Below, in pieces: positions 26,931-29,436 of a stretch of 29,436 nt of DNA. Made by a program: the position numbers and the translations under genes. The stretch comes from a virus (lineage: Duplodnaviria > Caudoviricetes), in IMG/VR virus record IMGVR_UViG_3300035135_000656, positions 1 through 29,436 of that record. One strand, 5' to 3'. Numbering within the stretch: position 1 is the first letter of the stretch; each line of letters starts with the position of its first letter. The notes beneath the pieces were generated by a model. It had not been told where the DNA came from and made no database searches. It saw nothing but the letters and a program-made list of their open reading frames with translations.

Positions 26931-27241
26931 TATACTAGCTCCTCAAAACCAATCATTGATACTTTGTACTTCGTATTTCCCAACAACATGTGGTCACCTG
27001 TTGCTGTTGAACGTAAACCGTATGTTTGACCATCGTGAACAGGAAGTTCACCGACAACAGTAACATCGTCGTTACCGTCTTGATACCCATCCACTTTCAA
27101 AGACCAACTATCAAAGATGTTCTGTGTCCAACGATACGCATACTCTAGAGCATCGTTACCAGTACGATCACCGACTTCAACAAACGCAACAGTGCGTGGT
27201 GTGTCTTCGAAAGCGGTGTGGATTACTGCAACTTGTGTCAT
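26930..27241 (-). CDS. Hypothetical early protein
   Basis: First gene behind promoter 27270-27298; LE.AY..TQNI.DSWS...RST..GD motif. Confidence 0.75.
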   Translation of the reverse strand: MTQVAVIHTAFEDTPRTVAFVEVGDRTGNDALEYAYRWTQNIFDSWSLKVDGYQDGNDDVTVVGELPVHDGQTYGLRSTATGDHMLLGNTKYKVSMIGFEELV

Positions 27242-27269
27242 GATATATCTCTCTCTTGATTACCTATGT

Positions 27270-27320
27270 ATTATATGACATTTCGTAGGGAATGTCAACC
27301 CCTTTTTCGAATTAATTACA
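27270..27320 (-). promoter_or_regulatory. Sigma70-type early promoter TTGACA-N17-TATAAT with A-rich UP element
   Basis: - strand: aaaaaggggTTGACAttccctacgaaatgtcaTATAATacat. Confidence 0.88.
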
Positions 27321-27322
27321 AA

Positions 27323-27649
27323 TTAATTCCATCTTAGTTCTTCTTTAGAAGTAGCGGTTTCAAGTCTCGCAACGTAGTCATCGATGTTCTTGATTCCACC
27401 CTCTGGGAATTTCAGACCAAACTTATTGATCATGATATCACGTACTTTCTCACGATCTAGTGAATCTCCACAGAAAGAAAGACTATCTTCTGGATTTGTA
27501 CCAACTTGATCGATGTACTGTTTTGTAGCTTCGATGATCTGCGTGGGTGTCGCACCCATATCATAGATCCCGCCAGGACCGTAGAAGTCTTGTACATAGA
27601 CAAGGAAGTCCGCTACGTCTGATACGATTTTCTCAACTGAATTAGTCAT
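27323..27649 (-). CDS. Conserved phage hypothetical protein
   Basis: F..YV.DFYGP.GIY.MGAT...F.GDS.DRE.VRDI motif, recalled from marine T4-like phages; AAGGAG RBS. Confidence 0.75.
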   Translation of the reverse strand: MTNSVEKIVSDVADFLVYVQDFYGPGGIYDMGATPTQIIEATKQYIDQVGTNPEDSLSFCGDSLDREKVRDIMINKFGLKFPEGGIKNIDDYVARLETATSKEELRWN

Positions 27650-27909
27650 TACACATTCTCCTTTGGTCCAAGCAATTTAGACATTCCTTCGAACACAACG
27701 TTGTATGCGTTCGCTTCATAGATCCAGTTTTCGAACCAATCACTGTCACCATCGTAACAGTCGTCTTGGTCACCTCGAGCATACGCATCCCATTCGTCGG
27801 CGAGAAACTCCATACCCGCCAGAGCGTCACCCTTACCAATACCTTGGATTGTTTTCCACGCATCTTCTAGGGTCATATCCATTTTGAAGTACTCAGGAAT
27901 TCGAAACAT
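27649..27909 (-). CDS. Hypothetical early protein
   Basis: GAGAGG RBS; first gene behind promoter 27937-27965. Confidence 0.75.
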   Translation of the reverse strand: MFRIPEYFKMDMTLEDAWKTIQGIGKGDALAGMEFLADEWDAYARGDQDDCYDGDSDWFENWIYEANAYNVVFEGMSKLLGPKENV

Positions 27910-27936
27910 GTGTTAACCTCTCTTTGTTACATTATT

Positions 27937-27986
27937 AATATAGTACACTTTACAAGGAATGTCAAGCGTTTTTTTGAAATTATTTT
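27937..27986 (-). promoter_or_regulatory. Sigma70-type early promoter TTGACA-N17-TATATT with UP element
   Basis: - strand: aaaataatttcaaaaaaacgcTTGACAttccttgtaaagtgtacTATATTaataatgtaa. Confidence 0.85.
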
Positions 27987-28215
27987 AAATTAATTTCATC
28001 GCTTCGTCCCAAAGGTTCTTCGCACCATTGTAGTGGTCAAACCCATACTCATCAGCAAAGTCCATGCTGCTAGTGAAGTAGACATCATAGTTGTCAACTT
28101 TGTGAGTCGCAAGAATATTCGCAAGACCTTTCGCAGTCTTTGCACCACCTACGATGTTATCAACACCTTTGTACACTTTAACAAAACCGTCTTCTGCACT
28201 AATAAACATTTTCAT
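27985..28215 (-). CDS. Hypothetical early protein
   Basis: AAAGGA RBS; SSMDF..EYGF motif; behind promoter 28247-28274. Confidence 0.75.
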   Translation of the reverse strand: MKMFISAEDGFVKVYKGVDNIVGGAKTAKGLANILATHKVDNYDVYFTSSMDFADEYGFDHYNGAKNLWDEAMKLI

Positions 28216-28246
28216 AACTGATTCCTTTTCTCTGTCTTACACTATT

Positions 28247-28296
28247 AATATAATCATTCTGACAGGAATTACAAGCCCTTTTTTGAAATTATTTTA
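28247..28296 (-). promoter_or_regulatory. Sigma70-type early promoter TTGTAA-N16-TATATT with UP element
   Basis: - strand: aaaataatttcaaaaaagggcTTGTAAttcctgtcagaatgatTATATTaatagtgtaa; near-copy of the 27937 promoter. Confidence 0.78.
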
Positions 28297-28302
28297 ATTT
28301 TT

Positions 28303-28360
28303 TTGTCAAAAATTTGATTTGCGAACATTGTCAAATTTTCTAAGTTGTCAAATTTTTGAC
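28303..28360. repeat. Three copies of a 16-bp quasi-palindromic TTGTCAAAwwTTyKAN motif (operator-like)
   Basis: TTGTCAAAAATTTGAT 28303-28318, TTGTCAAATTTTCTAA 28328-28343, TTGTCAAATTTTTGAC 28345-28360. Confidence 0.75.
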
Positions 28361-28374
28361 GAAGAGATCTGTGT

Positions 28375-28382
28375 TATAAATA
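28375..28382 (+). promoter_or_regulatory. Late promoter TATAAATA
   Basis: Exact consensus ~40 nt upstream of ATG 28423. Confidence 0.8.
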
Positions 28383-28422
28383 AAGGTAATCGTGTATTGA
28401 CTTTTCTAAATTGGAGAATATT

Positions 28423-28995
28423 ATGTTTAGATATCTGTTCGTGTGTGTTGTGTTATTAATGGGGTTCGCCTCACCTGTACTCGCACAAGAAGCTCAGTGT
28501 CCAGAGGGTTATGTTTGTACTAAATCGGATACAAATAGTACTGTCACCACTAATGGTGAGATGACAACTAATATCAACCAACCACCCCCTTCTGCAATTT
28601 CGCCATCGTTTAGTGCGGGTAACAATAGTGACCTGTGTACTATTGGTGTTGCGGGTGCAGTTCAAACTCAGATACTTGGTATCTCTGCGGGTGGAACATT
28701 CACTGAAGAAAACTGTCAACGTTTAAAAAATGCAAAAGTATTATATGACATGGGCATGAAGGTTGCTGCAGTATCCGTCATGTGTCAGGATGAAAAAGTA
28801 TTCGATGCAATGATGCACGCTGGAACACCTTGTCCTTACAACGGATCTATCGGTGATGCAGCAAAACTAGGATGGGAAACACATGTCGAAGAGACACAAA
28901 AAGAACTGGATGGAATGGGACCATTGTTCCAATCACCTCAACAGGCTGCTCCTGTTATTGGTGGTGGTCTGCTGGCCCTCTTCCTCTTACTCTGA
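28423..28995 (+). CDS. Exported Cys-rich protein with signal peptide and hydrophobic C-terminal tail
   Basis: GGAGA RBS then MFRYLFVCVVLLMGFASPVLA/Q signal; six Cys in the mature part; ends APVIGGGLLALFLLL. Confidence 0.8.
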   Translation: MFRYLFVCVVLLMGFASPVLAQEAQCPEGYVCTKSDTNSTVTTNGEMTTNINQPPPSAISPSFSAGNNSDLCTIGVAGAVQTQILGISAGGTFTEENCQRLKNAKVLYDMGMKVAAVSVMCQDEKVFDAMMHAGTPCPYNGSIGDAAKLGWETHVEETQKELDGMGPLFQSPQQAAPVIGGGLLALFLLL

Positions 28996-29436
28996 GAGTA
29001 TTGTTCCCTATTACGGTTATACAGGGAATGCAGCAGCAGATAATGCGCTTAGGTGGGCTATGGGTGATATCCTTCCAGACCCGCCAGGCGTCTATATAGA
29101 CAACGTTCTATATCAGTATAGGATAGACAAAGAAACGGACGATTTGGTTACTGTGTATGTCTACAATGAGAATGCAGACGGAACTGGTTATATCTTCAGA
29201 GAAAGAGACGACTGGAAATCAGGCAGTCTTGCGGGAACACAGATAACAAAGATCGTTCCATTGGGAAGGTTACATAGGGATGTATTCGGAGACGGAGGAA
29301 TCGACGTTCAAGGAGATGGATCTGTATATGATACTAATGTGGTTTACACTTATCGTGTAGAACCCTGTTATGATCCACAGTTCGATCCGAATTGTCCTGG
29401 CTACAAATTACAGATACCAGATATCTATGATGGATC
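28883..29436 (+). CDS. Exported protein, 3'-truncated (not in ORF track), overlapping the upstream gene
   Basis: Frame open from ATG 28883 (or 28910) to the window end: ...RLLLLLVVVCWPSSSYS/ESIVPYYGYTGNAA...CYDPQFDPNCPGY. Confidence 0.75.
   Translation, partial: MSKRHKKNWMEWDHCSNHLNRLLLLLVVVCWPSSSYSESIVPYYGYTGNAAADNALRWAMGDILPDPPGVYIDNVLYQYRIDKETDDLVTVYVYNENADGTGYIFRERDDWKSGSLAGTQITKIVPLGRLHRDVFGDGGIDVQGDGSVYDTNVVYTYRVEPCYDPQFDPNCPGYKLQIPDIYDG

Noticed and set aside
22584-28221. + strand ORFs within the - strand early block
   Set aside because: The - strand ORFs tile the region with RBSs and translational coupling, so the + ORFs are antisense shadows
28303-28360. FNR/CRP box
   Set aside because: FNR is TTGAT-N4-ATCAA. 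Here the half-sites are in the opposite order (GTCAA-N4-TTGAC), so no named regulator was assigned.
28872-29099. Called 75-aa ORF
   Set aside because: The third frame (from 28883) is open to the window end and encodes a more plausible exported protein

Overview
Window of a large T4-like myovirus genome, probably aquatic and possibly infecting an alphaproteobacterium (inference). The + strand (1-22450) carries a 5'-truncated modular tail fibre with 11 repeat joints and a C-terminal S74 chaperone, followed by three small fibre-associated ORFs. Next comes a sigma70-driven three-gene sugar-modification cassette (beta-propeller, TPR-FkbM methyltransferase, nucleotidyltransferase-cupin), then the canonical gp13-gp23 morphogenesis block with TATAAATA late promoters. 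A hairpin pair separates this from a convergent - strand block (22521-28215) of about 20 small early-type ORFs, including DsbA-like, DNA MTase, kinase-like, AbrB-like and CtaH-like proteins, driven by three near-repeated sigma70 promoter cassettes. At the right end a triple operator-like motif and a late promoter precede two overlapping genes for exported Cys-containing proteins. No tRNA, rRNA, CRISPR array or mobile element was recognised. All family assignments come from motif recognition by eye, not from database searches.
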